From contig CM059430.1 of the NCBI GenBank assembly GCA_030390025.1, positions 12,524,001 to 12,588,000 of the forward strand: a stretch of DNA of 64,000 nucleotides, given 5' to 3'. Positions 36,319 through 49,860 of the stretch are shown one piece after another. Each line of letters opens with the position of its first letter. Positions within the stretch are counted from its first letter, which is position 1. The position numbers and the translations under genes are program-made. The notes under the pieces are model-generated. The model had not been told where the DNA came from and searched no databases. It saw nothing but the letters and a program-made list of their open reading frames with translations. This DNA is from Squalus acanthias. Its lineage: Eukaryota.

Positions 36319-38946
36319 TTATAAATAGCCCCTTCCAAACCTCCAGGGACCTCAACGTTTAAAGTACAAAGTAGCAAATAAGAACTAGGGTTAAAAAAAA
36401 ATTCCAGTGCCACTCCAGGAGCGCACATCAAGAAACATCCAGACTGTGATGATGTACCCATTAAAAGGTAATGGATTTAAAGTCACACTGGAACAGACAT
36501 TTTCACACCTATAGGCACAAATAGGACTGAGTTGCCTGGGCTCGAGGGCTGGATTGCCAGGGCCCTGGGGAAGTGGGGGGAGGGGGCGGGAGGGGTAAGG
36601 GTGCTCACATCCCTTCGCCACACCACTGTTCTGGCGCCAGATATAATCAGAGAGATTCCACGTAGTTTCTGAGCTATCGTTCCACAATGGATATCCACTA
36701 TATAGCGATAGCTCAGCAACTATGTCGAGTGCCCGTCTACAAGGCGGCCTTTGGGAGACACGTGAAGAGAAATCTGCAGTGGGAGACTGCCATGCAGATG
36801 GAAGGCTTCCTGCAGCTTGCTCTGTTAGACAGCGAGCCAGGCACAGTGTGTTGTACCAAGAGCTCGTGACATCTCAAAGGCGGTTCTAGTGAGGTGCGAG
36901 GCTGTGTGTCAGATATGAATCTCCACGAAGAATTATCGAGCCAATCCAAAATATCCCTGGGATCCTGCGACAGAAGACAGGCCAAATATCTGCCCTTTGT
37001 GCATACAAAAACAAACACTGCGGAACGCAACAGGCATTAAACTGGACGGTTCCATTTTTTTTTTTGTTGCCCTCCCTGCAACATCCTGAATTGTTACGCG
37101 TCTAAAAGGCTGAAAATTGACCCGGCTCGGAGCTGTCCAACCTTCAGAAAGGCTGCAATGCGACCTCGCCCAGGAAAATCCACGCAACAGTGCCAGTTAA
37201 AGGGCTATTTCGAGATGGCTGGCCGGCCCTCCAACAGTTTGTCTCGCAGTCCAGTGAGATGCAGCAGCCAATCGCTCGCGCTGCCAGTGTTTCCAGTTGG
37301 ATTCTGTACCTTTGGCATTTGCAGCAAGCAGGCACCTGATGTCAAAACTTAACCGCGCAACAGCACAAGGAGGGCAGCACGGGAGCAAAGACGTGTGGAA
37401 TTACAGGGATGGTAGCCGGGGAGGTTGAACACAAACCCCCTACCACCAACAAAAGCACGAGATAAAAGGGAAAATGCAGGTTTACCCTAGGTGCAGGGCA
37501 GATATTTGTACGGGGATTCACGCCTGTCATCATTTTGGACTGAATAGCAAAGTGCGGCTGCTGGCCGCTCGACCATGGGGGGAATCGCGTTTCACCTCAA
37601 TCTTGCCCTCTTCGTGGTTCACATGCATGCAGCTTCCAGCAGGGGGGGTCACCGCACGGCAAACAGAAGCAGGAACTCTGGTTGATCCTTCTGCCGCCAC
37701 CTATCCACCCGCCCCAAATCGCCGAGGCTTTGAAGTCAGCTGCCGTTCCTTTGCCACCAACCTTGCAGCTAACTGAGCACTGTCTGGAGGGCTCAGCAAT
37801 GCACCAGATCACTGATTAACCCACCGAGATACCCAGGGAGCTCCTGCAAGACTCATTTCAAATTTAGCTGCTCAACTTTGGTTGAAAAATCACTGCATTT
37901 CAGAGCTACCAGGTTATAAGAACATCAGGAGCAGGAGCAGGCCATTCGACAGTTATCTGACAATTTGGGCGTGTCTTGTTTAGCAGTAACCAGCCCAAGT
38001 TCAGTGCATCATTGGTCAGTGTCTGATTAGCTGAATTGCTTCCTTCAGTCTAACGCAAATGCTACGATAAAGGGCCTGAAATTGGCCAGCATCTACTAGA
38101 CGAGAAGTTTTATCGGTTGAAATAAAATATCAACTGAAAATGTTATTTTTTTTAAAAAGCAAAATCAACAAAAAAAGTTAGAAATGAGGTGTCCGTATTT
38201 TAGTGTCCAGTTATTTTACTGGGATTGTGGAGGAAATGAATGTCCTCTGTGAAAGGCACTCTTCCTTGGTGCAAGACTCGTGCTGGTACTGCTCGGCTCC
38301 CAAAGCGCAGGTCTTGCCTGGCTGGCTGCAAGCGCAAGGTAAAAACTGCCAGGAATAGTTAAGTGTCTCAAAGACCCAGATTTAGCGGCCTTGAGGTTTT
38401 GGCGAGTCCCAGTAATCCCCAGCTGAATTTTCCCTCCCTTACGCAAGGGTGCGGAGTCCAATCACAGCCCCCCTTCCTGATACCCCGGCAAAGATTTACT
38501 AACACAGCGCAGACTAGGGATCAAACCTGGGACCTACTGCGGTGCATGTCTCAGTGTCACGTCAGGGAGCGAGTGCCTTTATCTGCTAAACCATCAGGGA
38601 TCTCCTTCATTTACTCCTCCTTCACCCACCCCGCCTATTTTCACCCTGTCCCTTTTCCTTGAGGCCTTGACTCCCTGTTGGAGCATAGGCATCTGTTGTG
38701 TGCTGGTACCTTGCCAAAATAGCCACTCGTCCTGTGGGAGCCTAAACAGTAAATGCAAGCATGCTATTTGGCCATGGGGGGGAGGGGGGGTGGTGGAGGA
38801 AGCGGGGGGAGGGGCGGGATTAAACACAGCCATGTCAGATCCTGTCCTCATTGATATCCACACTTCAGTGGGAGATATTGGATAGTATGTAAGAAGGGGG
38901 AAACTCAGGAACATGGAGGTCAACTGCACCATCCTTACTGCTATAT

Positions 38947-39697
38947 AGATAGATAGACTTGCATTTATAATAGGATATACAGCACAGAAACAGGCCATTC
39001 GGCCCAACCAGTCAATGCCGGCGTTTATGCTCCACTCGAGCCTCCTCCCATCTTTCCTCATCTAACCCTGTCAGCATAACCCTCTATTCCCTTCTCCCTC
39101 AAATGCTTATCTGGCCTCCCCTTAAATGCATCTATACTATTCGCTTCAACCACTTCTGTGGTAGCGAGTTCCACATTCTCACCACTCTCTGGGTAAAGAA
39201 GTTTCTTCTGAATTCCCTATTGGATTTCTTGGTGACTATCTTATATTGATGGCCTCTCGTTTTGCTCTATAATAGCACCTTTCACGACCTCAGGACGTCC
39301 CAAAACACTTTACAGCCAATGAAGTACTTTTGAAGTGTAGGCACTGTTGTAATGTAGGAAACGCGGCAGCCAATTTGTGCACAGCAAGCTCCCACAATCA
39401 GCAATGTGATAATAATCTGTTTTTAGTGATGTTGATTGAGGGATAAATATTGGCCAAGACACAGGGGGAGAACTCCCCTGCTCTTCCTTCGAAATAGTGC
39501 CGGGGGATCTTTTACGTCCAACCCGAGAGAGCAGACGGGGCCTCGGTTTAACGTCTTATCCGACAGTGCCGCACTCCCTCATTACTGTACTGGGAGTGTC
39601 AGCCTAGATTTTGTTGTGCTCAAGTCCCTGGAGTGGGACTCGAACCCACGACCTTCTGACTCAGAGGCGAGGGTGCTGCCCACCGAGCCACGGCTGA
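38947..39697 (-). mobile_element. Deu-domain SINE whose tail is split by a CR1
   Basis: Tail end at 38947-38973, body and head at 39268-39697 (GGGACTCGAACCC...CCGAGCCACGG). Confidence 0.85.
38974..39267 (-). mobile_element. CR1 3' fragment nested in a SINE tail
   Basis: CR1 3' UTR and ORF2 end, flanked by the duplication TATAATAG (38966-38973 and 39268-39275). Confidence 0.85.
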
Positions 39698-41984
39698 TCC
39701 TGGTCCAGCTCCAACCCGCGACCTTTCCTGGTGTGTATGGCTCAGCTGCCCATTGGACAAACTCACTGAGCCATTGTGCCGGGGGGGGGGGACTCTCCGT
39801 CATTTGTAGCTCACACTCAAAATGCAGAAACTGGTCAAATCTTTATGGCAATTTTGATTTGGCCAGATAGGTCTTGGATACATTTATTGCTTTGCAAGGA
39901 AAGAGTTAAAACACAGCAGGATAAAAGACGTACAAGGAGCCTTCCAGAAAATCCTGAAATACAATAATATTTGCCCAGACAATGCGGACACAAATTCATT
40001 TCCAGGCTGCATAAAGGAAAGATAATTCCGGTGGAACCTGGGAATGATCTGAACCCTCTGGGTACAGAATTTCATTTGCACTTTGCCAAGTCTACAGGTC
40101 TTTAGCTTCAGTCACTATCTATGAGAATATATTGCTGGAGATTGCAAAGGGAATGCAAATGAATACTAATCAGAGGGTTTTTTTTTTCTCTTCACAGTAT
40201 TCCTTAATAAACTGATTGCCTGAACCTAGTAATAAAACCAGATTTACTAAACAATGCTCCCTGAATCCACAGAGTGCTTTTGCAAAGCGACACAGAGACA
40301 CACACTAAAGAGATATTCAGCATTCGGTTTGAATGTTGTTCCTTTTATGATTTTACAGGGTTATTGAATGGTTTTATCAACACTTTGGCATTTCAAGTAT
40401 TCTTCGCAGCTTGAGCTGATATTGCAGTAAGTTGCTCTAATGTAACCAATGTTTTAAAGAAATTACGCCCCTCCCAGCAAAAATCTCAATTTGAAAGGAA
40501 AATCTTTGGAGCTATTTAGAAGTGCAGGGTTGTTATGTGTTGCTCAACTTGGGAAGATCGATGTTAATAATTACTGAAAGAACATCACGTTTCAAGCCTT
40601 TCGTGAAAAAGTCGCTCAATGAAATGATTTGAATCACATCAGAACGCCACTGTCAATGTCAATGTGTCTCTTCCATCTCTCCTGAAGTAACGACACAAGC
40701 GAATTACTTCAGCAGCTCTCAAAATACGTAGGTGATCTTTGAATCGATCCCCAACCGTTGAAACAGTCACGATGCTGAGCGTTAGGATGAAGAATTAGAA
40801 AAGTGAAGAAAGAGGGAAGGGGAGGCAAGAAGCAAGTGATAGGTCAGGTCTTTCAAAAGTATTCGAAGAGTTGAGGAAACATAAAAAAAAGGTACAGCGC
40901 GGGGGTGGCGGGAAGAAAGAAAATGATAAAAGGATAAAAAATAAAAAATCCAATCCATGTTTGAAATTGAAGTTGCGACTCCTGGTGCATGTTCCCAAGT
41001 AATACTGATCATAATTTAGTCAGGTTCACTAAGGTGATTGTCATTAATTGATACAATTTTTTTTAAATTGCTGATTACTAATAGCATGCTCATCATCACA
41101 TTGCAAACAGCCAAGAAATGGGACACACCAAGAAATGCATATTTAAAACTAACATTCTTATTTTATACATTGGAATTATTTGGATTCAAAGGCTGAAATA
41201 TATATTTTTTTTAATGAAGCAGTAATTCTTTAACTATCAGCCTCCTTGCTGTTTCAATCCATTATTCAGCTGTCACATCCTATTCTCTACCCAGCTCAAA
41301 AGATGAGAATCCAACAGGGCAGAGATAGAGAGTGTTAAGAGCCTGCTTCGCAATAATTAGTCCACTGGAGTCGAGTGGTAAGTTTTTTCTCTTACCCCCC
41401 CCCCCCCCCCCACCTTCCCCCGCAACCCCTTGTCTTTTCTAATTCTCTACCTGTCAAATAATCATTTGATAACCAAGAAATGGCTAACACGGTTACCATG
41501 ACAGCTGCACGTGAAGACTGCAGAGTGAGTGAGCTGCAGTTAACTCTGGCCGAAATCTCCACCGAAATAAAAAGGCGCTCCTCAGGTCTTTGGATTTAGT
41601 TAAGATCAATCAAAACAAAAGCAAAAAGGAGAAAAAAAATACTTTGACTAAAAACGAAACCAACTTAATTGCCGTGTTGGGAACGAAGGGCCTGCCCATC
41701 CCACAATTTTTTCAAGTAGTCAATAAACAAAGTTTGCTGTCTGTTCAATTTTTTCAAAGGTCACTTTCCTCTTAAACTCAATTGATATAGGTTATGACTA
41801 ATAATAATAATGATGATGCAACAATTCCATCTCTGGTAAGTACATGACTTTGTAAAATCAATCTTCTTTGGATACACTTGACTGCATCTTTTAGCGAGTT
41901 TTAACTTGCTTTGCTTTGATAGGAAAATAAATCATTTGGCGTGGGGAAACCGGATCTACACTGGCCTGGGTTATATATATTTTT

Positions 41985-42900
41985 TAGGGGGGCCTTGAAG
42001 GGAGAGGCTGGTAACACCACTGGCTATTTGAGGATTAGTGTGGATCAGTGGGAAGAGGATACACAAGAGGCCAAAGTCAGAGGACCAAAGGATGTGGGAC
42101 AGGCCGAGAGTCTGGGGAGGTTAGGTACGGGCAAGGTATGGGCTGGATTTACAGCTGAGGTGAGGATTTTCAATTTGATGTGTTGGGGGACTGGGAGCCA
42201 TTGGAGGTCGACGAGGATGGGATATGGGTAGCAGAGTTCTGGAGAGACAGCAAGATGTGTAGCAGAGAAATTGAGCGTACAGATAATGAAAGTAGAGATA
42301 TGTTTTGACATCAGTAGGACTAAGGTGGGGCAAAGGTGGACCATGATGTGGAAGTAGGCAGTCGTGTGGTGATGGTTAGCATATGGGGTTTGAAGCTCAG
42401 TTTTGGGTTGCACACAACGCCAATGTTGTGTACTGTACTGCCTTGTTCAAACTGAGCGAGCAGCCAGGACGTTGGGATGAAGTCAACGACAGGGACTTTG
42501 GAGCTGAATAACTTGATATCCCCATGTTCAATTTGAGGAAATTCTAACTCGTGCGAAAATCGGATATCAGATAAGCACAGCCTCCATGGAGTCGAGGGAG
42601 GTGAGAGAGCAGGTTGATGGCGGTGTACATGTGGAAACTGACCCCATTGTCTACCAATAATTTTGTCTGGAAAAGGAAAGGGAGGTGACTAAGAATGCAA
42701 TCTTGGGATAAAACTGGAGGGTGACAGTATAAGAGCAGAAGGAGTGGTCCTTGCTGACGATGCGCTGGCTGCAGTGGGCCCAGCTAGGACTGGCACCACG
42801 CAAGGGCAGTGCCGTAGAAGTGGACCACAGAGGCGAGGCGGTGGAGAAGGATGGAGGGAGTGATGGTCGTCTTGAAAAACCGCGGCGAGGTCAAGGAATG
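41985..42900 (-). mobile_element. Degraded L2 LINE fragment
   Basis: PYPILVDLQWLPVPQHIKLKILT, resembling the L2 C-terminal 'ITPVL..LHWLPV' motif, with many stops. Confidence 0.7.
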
Positions 42901-43433
42901 AAAAAAATATCCACAGTTGCCAGCATTATTATGGACTACTTCAGATTTCCAGCATCTGCAGTATTTTGCTTTTGTGTTATTAGGGAATAAATTCCTCCCC
43001 CAAAAAAAAGTGAGGCTTCCTTTAAAGCTAGAGTTTCATTTGCTACAGTTTGCTCGCAGACACATAATCAGAATTCATTGAGCCATGAAGCGATGTTAAG
43101 CACCCACCGATGGTAACACACCATGCTTAAGTCAGTCAGATTACCTAAGTGTTTCGAAACTAGCTGTTAAATAAAACAGACCCAGCACTTACAGAAGCTT
43201 TCAAGAAAGAGTGTGTGTGTGTGTGTGTGAGAGAGGTAGAGAGAGAGAAAGAGATGGATATGAGGGAGGGGGGAGGAGGGAGAAACGAAAGAGCTGGAGA
43301 AAACTAAAACCTCTGGCTGGTAAAGGGTAACGTGCTGACATTGCTAAAAAAAATAAAAATAAATTGCATATAGAAATAAGGAGGATCAGCAACCAAATGA
43401 AAGAGAGAAAAGGGGGTCGTTGACGCAGCTTAC

Positions 43434-43470
43434 CTGGGAGGTAGTAGAGCGGTGGCTTCAATCCAAACAT
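43434..43470 (-). CDS. gse1: First coding exon of a GSE1-like gene (Gse1 coiled-coil protein, CoREST/HDAC-associated), encoding MFGLKPPLYYLP plus phase-1 G
   Basis: Minus strand reads AAAACC ATG TTT GGA TTG AAG CCA CCG CTC TAC TAC CTC CCA G|GTAAGC, with A at -3 of the ATG and a canonical donor. The peptide matches my recollection of the vertebrate GSE1 isoform N-terminus MFGLKPPLYYLPG-MSHEPKSP. The next exon (MSHEPK...) is not in the ORF track, so it should lie left of the window. Confidence 0.75.
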
Positions 43471-45060
43471 GGTTTTAACTTACAGTGCCATTGTTCCTTT
43501 CCAGGGGAGATCTGCAGGCATGAATGAGTTGTACAGGTCCAGAGTACAAGGTGCTCTTGTCATTCAGTGGAGCATGCAGACTGTCAGCCCCAGATCCACA
43601 ATGTGCTTAATTGACTACCAACAATACTCTGAAGCCACCAAACAGCTGCCATCCCTGGACCCTCCTTCCTTAAAATGTCAGGGCTGGGAGGAGGAGGAGG
43701 AGGGGGGGGGGGGAAAGATACTAAAACGTCGCCAAAAAGCACTGGGTTGAGATTATGAACAAGCATTCATCATTTTTTTTTTAAAACAGAAAGAAAACGA
43801 GAGAGAATTCCAAAGGCGTGCGAGGAGCAATGCTTTTTCCTTCCACTCTAGTAATTTGAATGTCAAGGTCGGAGGTCAATGGATTTTGTTTCCAAACCGA
43901 GCTTGAGAGAGAAAGGGAGAGAGAGACATTGCCCAAGGAGGGGGAAGAGAGCAGCGGCTTTGTTGCGGTGCTTGCCTCGGTCGCTGGCTCTCTGGCTCTG
44001 CCGGGACGGGACTTGCTGGACTTGCGAGAGAGAGAGAGAGAGAAGGGAGGAGCGACCAGCACACAGGAGCTCCTCTCGGCTCCACGTCCCACGTCTTGCA
44101 GAGAGAGAGAGAGAGAGGGAGGGGAGGAAATAAAAAAAAAGAAAAAAAATTCGCTCCTCCTCTTCGCAAAGCCTTCAGGATCTGCACCCGTCGATCAATC
44201 TTCATGCAAGAATCATTATCTGCAAATTGGAAGGCTGGCTGAGTGACAGCAGATTTGTCACTCTTAATGAAAGAGTGAGGGTATAAAACCCATCAGCAGG
44301 CATCTGTTCACCCGAGTGCTGCTCTTCCTTCCCTTCCTCAGCTCGCCGATAGTCACTTCGGATCGTGTGTCAATTTACAAAAGCGATACTCCTCTCCCTC
44401 GCCAAAGTGTGTGTGTGTCTCTCTCTCTCTCTCTGGGGTTTTCTCTCTCTCACACACACACACAGATTATATATGAAGAAACTCCCGTGCCAATGAAGAG
44501 AAAAGACAGATCCCGCAGTTTAAATCAGCAGCAGCCAGTCCGACAGAGCCTGGCAACTGACCACAGACAAGAGAGGTTCGGCATCTAAACCCCACAGTGT
44601 GTGGGGCTTGGCAACACTAACATGACCACTTTCTCTCTTTCAACCTCAAGTCAAAGCCTGACAGAAACAACAGGGGTTCGAGACGCGGGCTAAGTATCCT
44701 GTGACTTCAAGAGCAGAGAGAGAGAGAGAGAGAGGGGCGGGACTAAGGAGTGGAAACATAAATATCTCCAACCTGCCTCCAGGCTCCAGTGACACCCAGG
44801 AAGAGGTTAATGTGGGCGAGCTGCTCAGGACCTGTTGGGGGTTTGCAATCAGGTGTCTCATCTCATCCAATCGCCCATCACACACACACACACCAAGTGT
44901 TATCTGATCACTTTTTTTGCCCTCCCTCTCTTGCAAAAAGCACACAACATACTTTCCAGCGAGAAAGTGGCTAGCAGTTTAACTCCTTCCACTCCAGCTC
45001 AGCATTGATGGATCAATTCCTCGCCACCACTTACAGAATTCTCCCCCCCCCCCCCCCCCC
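43471..45060 (-). promoter_or_regulatory. Putative 5' UTR/promoter region of the gse1 isoform
   Basis: Transposon-free and relatively CpG-rich, with dense GA/CT and CA microsatellites directly upstream of the ATG exon. Contains an 8-bp inverted repeat at 44241-44263 and TATAAAA at 44282. The TSS cannot be fixed from sequence. Confidence 0.5.
43480..43563 (-). promoter_or_regulatory. Upstream ORF (27 codons, MTRAPCTLDLYNSFMPADLPWKGTMAL*) in the putative gse1 5' leader
   Basis: ATGs at 43563, 43521 and 43491 share a frame. TAA at 43482-43480 is followed by GTT AAA ACC and the main ATG in the same frame. Confidence 0.55.
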
Positions 45061-46671
45061 CCACTAGCTCACAGAGATACACATTTGGGGATTGTTCTGA
45101 CTGAGTTCTTACACTCACATGCAGTCTGATCTGATTAAAATAAAAGGGGAAGGGGTGGGATCTTGACAACAACGCGTTAATGATACTGAAAGGAAGATTT
45201 GTTTGCATGGCAGCCACTTGGGTTAAAATGCAGACACACAAACCACCACAACAATACATCATTTCTCCCCAAACTACTTTTTTTTATAAATGAAAACACA
45301 TCAGAAGTTCAGTGCTTGCGAAAATGAAACCACATCCTCTGTTTCACCCACCACACTAAGATTTTTTTTTTAGTTTGCACCCAGTCTATTTTTCTTTCCA
45401 CCGAAGCCCCTTCTTTATTTAAAAAGATAAAAGCAACATAAAGAACGTAAAAAAGCTTCAGAAGAATTTCTATCTCCTCAATCCCCTGGCACCCTGCTAT
45501 TAACGGTTGACTGGGTGTAGAAGGCTTGTAGTCTATCAGCTCAAACAGCGAGAGGAAAGCGATAAGCAATCACTTAATCTCTCCCTAACACACTAGCCCC
45601 AGTGCTCCAGGCTGCTGAAGGATTTTTTTTTATCTGTGTTGTTTGTTGCAAGATTGTGTGTGTGTGTGTGTGTTGGGAGGAAGGGGGGGTTAAAAGAAGT
45701 AGGAGGGCGGAATGGAGCGAAATTATCTGCTCCAGGGCCGTGAAAACACAAGTGCGAAGCATCTGGCCCATTCATTTGACTGTGACCTCCGGGGTCGAGC
45801 TGAGCCTATTATCAGCTGCTGCACTTTGGCGGCACATTATTTGCAGAGATGTCTGTGTGTATTCCCTCGGAGAATGCCAGCCTGTCTGCGAGCGCACACA
45901 CACACACACACAGGTCCCTGCTGCTAAGTTGTAGAATGGAAATCCACACGCCTACCCAAAAAAGAAAGCATAGGCATTGACATCAGCTTTTTTAAAAAAA
46001 AATCAAGGTGTTACAACAAAAGGATGGGCTTTGCTGCAATTAGCCAAATCTGCATAACATTTGCCATTAAGAATACCGGGGGCCTCCAAACACATAATGC
46101 CTGTACTTCTGTACAGATTCTATTACACAAGCACATATGCATGCCACTCTTGGTTTGCTTTATCAGGCACACCAGTCAAATGCCTTCAGCTAATCTATTA
46201 AAAACCATTATTAGCACAGGAAATCGGTGAGTAACTTTTACAAGTACAATGATTTAAGAAGAGGGCGGTAAGAGATGCTGTTATTTCGCAGGGCTGGGGG
46301 CTGGGCTGTGTCCCAGTCTTGAGTCGGTGGCATGCAATGTCTTTCGTGTACTGTCAATGCCATTTGGGCTGCGCAGTGTGTTGGCACCTCAGCGAGACTT
46401 GACTACCGCGTCACAATTCCTGCAATTAGCCATATAGCGGGTTTGCTGTTTCAAGAGCCCTGTTTAAATACAAAAAGCAAACCCTCCTGTGGGTAACTGG
46501 TTATTTTTAGTGTTGAGCTTATTTGTAAAGGGTCGAGATAACATAACCTCTACCCAGTTCCGCTACTCTTATGTTGTTAAGTATAGCAAAAATATAATAG
46601 CATGCCTCTTGTATTTTACAGGTAGGGTGCACTGTTTGGGTAAATTGGATCAGCGTCTGCAGATTAAATAA

Positions 46672-47489
46672 AAGAAAGAACTTGTATTTATATAGCGCCT
46701 AGGACGTCCCAAAGTGCTTTACAGCCAATTAAGTACTTTTGAATTGTAGTCACTGTTGTAATGTTGAAAACAGGCAGCCGATTTATGCACAGTAAGCTCC
46801 CACAAACAGCAATGTGATAATTACTAGATAATCTGTTTTATTGAAGTTGGTTGAGGGATAAATATTGGCCAGGACACCGGGGAGAACTCCCCTGCTCTTC
46901 TTCGAACTATTGCCATGGGATCTTTTACATCCACCCAAGAGGGCAGTCAGGGCCTCGGTCTAACGTCTCTTCTGAAAGACGGCACCGCCGACACTGCAGC
47001 ACTCCCTCTGCACTGCACTGCACTGGAGTTTCAGCTAGATTGTGTGCTTTGGACCCCCCTTTTTTTTCCCTCCCAGAAGCTGGCAGCTGTCCTTCATTCT
47101 GCCAGTGCATTTCACACTTCTTTTAGCCTCAACCTGTCACATCAACACCTCCTCTTGCCTTGATCATCTCTTAATGTCTCTCAATGTCTCTTAATCTCTC
47201 CTTTTGTTCTTTCATCCCCTCCCTCTTTTCCCAGCTTTATCCTTGCTTTAAATCTATTTCATTTCCTGCTTTTTTCCAGTTCTGACGAAAGGTCTTCGAC
47301 CTGAAACGTTAACTCTGTTTCTCTCTCCACGGATGCTGCTTGGCCTGCTGAGTTTTTCCAGCGTTTTCTGTTGTTATTTTGGATTTCCAGCATCCGCAGT
47401 ATTTTGCTATCACTCTGGAGTAGGGCTTGGACCCACAACCTTCTGACTCAGAGGCGAGAGTGCTACCCACTGAGCCACAGGCTGACACT
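46672..47489 (-). mobile_element. Deu-domain SINE interrupted by a Penelope-like fragment
   Basis: Tail and body at 46672-47050. The head resumes at about 47412 (CTCTGGAGTAGGGCTTGGACCCACAACC...CTGAGCCAC). Confidence 0.85.
47052..47411 (+). mobile_element. Penelope-like fragment with hammerhead motif (family A)
   Basis: AGTT-CTGACGA-A-AGGTC-TTC-GACCT-GAAAC-GTT-AACT at 47278-47314, homologous to 9830-10160. Confidence 0.75.
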
Positions 47490-49469
47490 TAGGCCTTCTT
47501 GCGTGTACAATAAAGATCAGAATAAAATACGTATCTGGGTTTGAGCGTAATAATACCAAAATCTGCAGTAGCCATGCTTGGTGTGGGCAAGTAGATTATG
47601 CTTGCCTCAGTAACATTTTGACACGAGTACACTACCATCCCAATTGAGAGTAGCTAACTTGACATAGGCCAGGAGTCAACCCTGGGACCTCTGATCTGTA
47701 TAGCTCAGTACCACAGCAGACAATGCATTGACCCATTGAGCTATGGGACTGGGGCTTGTACACTCCTTTAAAAAAACATGAATTTCTACATTGCTCGATG
47801 TTTGTGCTGACGAATTCTGCGCAAAAGCTAACTTTGGTTGTTCGGTTCTCTATCTAAATGCAGAAATTCTGTCAACACAATTAAATCCTTAAAAACGCTG
47901 TTAAGCATGTCCAAAGTGTGATTATATAAAAGTCAATTATGTCCTCTCCTCATATGGTATGTAGAATGGAGCACCGTATTCATTTTCGCTGCCACAACAA
48001 ACAACTGCATTATTGTCGAAGTAAATAATTACTGGTAGTGTGGAGCAGTCTTCCATTTACTTTAATAAACTGCCTTTGGAAACTAAAAATCCCCTTCTGT
48101 CACCACACAGCCAATTGATAAAAATGGCCTCACTAATGCACGGCAATAAATCGGCCCTAATTACAACAGTAGCCTATTTATAGGGAAATTATGGGCGGGG
48201 TGGTCATGAGGGTAATTCAGGCAATCTGTTCATTGATGCAAATATCGTGAACGAAATAGCTGTAAAGCTAGATGAGTATCTACCTCAACGTAGCAACCTG
48301 CCTAAAGCTGCTCTTTATATATATACAGTATATATATTGGCATCATTTTAACGCAGATTCTGGGAGCTCAGCGTCTGTGAGGCGGCTCCAGGCTTTTACG
48401 TTGCTCGAGGCGGCTCCCTTAGCCCTGGGCGGCGTACTTGCAGACCCAGTTTTCGTTGGTCTACGGGCCTGCCTCCAGGCATGAAGAAGCCAGACTTAGC
48501 GGGATCAGCGTCTGGATTCCCGTCTCCCAGAATCCAAATTGAAATGGCGGCAATTAAAAAAAAAAAATCAGCTACTGTTACCAATGGTAAACACTCGATA
48601 GCTGTGCTAACATTGTGCAAGGCTAAGCTCAAACGTCCCACGTCAATAAAAGCCTTCTCAATACACCCTGTCTGGCAATTAAACATAAAGAATAATTTCC
48701 TTAAGCGTGCCACTCACCTGCCTCACGCTATGTACTGTTCCCCAACCAAGAGGATTTGTTCTCAGCTTCCTTGTAAACTGGGCTCAGTAAGTCAACCATT
48801 AAAGTCATTTTACTATTGATGGGGGATGGCAGGACAGTAGACCCTCGTGACCTCTGAATTTTGCACCCTTTTTCTGTTTAAAGAACAGATCCTTGTTGGG
48901 CCCTGTTGGAGGGCCAATTTCTGGGTCAGTCGTTCTTGGGATACAGGAGGTCAAGTCCCCAACCCTGCTAGAGGCTCCCCCAGTTCGCCTGATTTATATT
49001 AAACCGTGCTGTTGGCTGGAATACTGCCAACCACCCCACCGACGGCACACTTATCTGTATGAAAGTGCCTTAGGATAAGTGGCTTCGGAGGGGCACGAAA
49101 GGAACATTAATTCAGTATTAATTCACGGTCCGTTCTTTTCTCCTTCCCTGTAGGGAAACACCTTGTGTTCCACTTGTCACGTTCGCCACCACCACCCATC
49201 CCCGCACCCACCCCCCCGCCCCCCCCCCCCCCCACTCCAGCAATTCATTGTACAACGAATCGTGAGCAAAAAAAAAAAACCCACATCCTGCCCGCTGTGC
49301 GACTGCAGTACTTGGGTGTGCCGACGTGTTGCCACAAAGCCTTTTGGTTACGGAGTAATTATAATCGATTCCGCCCCCCCCCCCCCCCGCCACATTGTGC
49401 TTCCTCTTCCTGTAGATTACTGCTGTAGCTGTAACTACCTACAGAATAATGATGGCCAGGGCCTGTAAC

Positions 49470-49860
49470 ATGTCCTTCACAACACCACAAGATAGACATG
49501 GCTGAGGAAGGCCACTCGGCCTGCCCTAGCTCGTCCACCCACCCCACGGTGTCCCTATTACAACATCTAACTGGTTTCTTAAATGATTCCAATTCTTCTG
49601 TCTCGACCTTGCAGCCCAACCCATGTGTCGATCACTCTGTGCATCAAGAGGAGCTTCATGACAACCATCTTCAACTTACTTGTCTTTTGCCATTTTGCAT
49701 CTGTGGTCCCATTGTCCCACAGTCACAACTTATTTTGAAGTAGTGCTCAGCGTGTACCTCTTCTATAGCTTGTGAATTCACCCCTGTGCCATTTCTTAAG
49801 TTCCTTTCATTGGCTTTGAGCCTGCAGGAACCCAAGCAATGTCAATCCTCTGGCTCATGC
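49470..49860 (-). mobile_element. Old CR1 remnant
   Basis: GAAGGCCACTCGGCC...CTAGCTCGTCC 3' UTR-like sequence followed by decayed ORF2-like sequence. Confidence 0.5.

Larger units (their letters stand above)
1..43433 (-). other. Large intron downstream of the gse1 first coding exon
   Basis: Starts at the GTAAG donor (43433). No recognisable host coding exon lies in this interval, which holds repeats and unique non-coding blocks. Confidence 0.6.

Noticed and set aside
43201-43433. Continuation of the 89-aa ORF beyond MFGLKPPLYYLPG
   Set aside because: It is read-through into the intron (GTAAG donor) and into microsatellite sequence.
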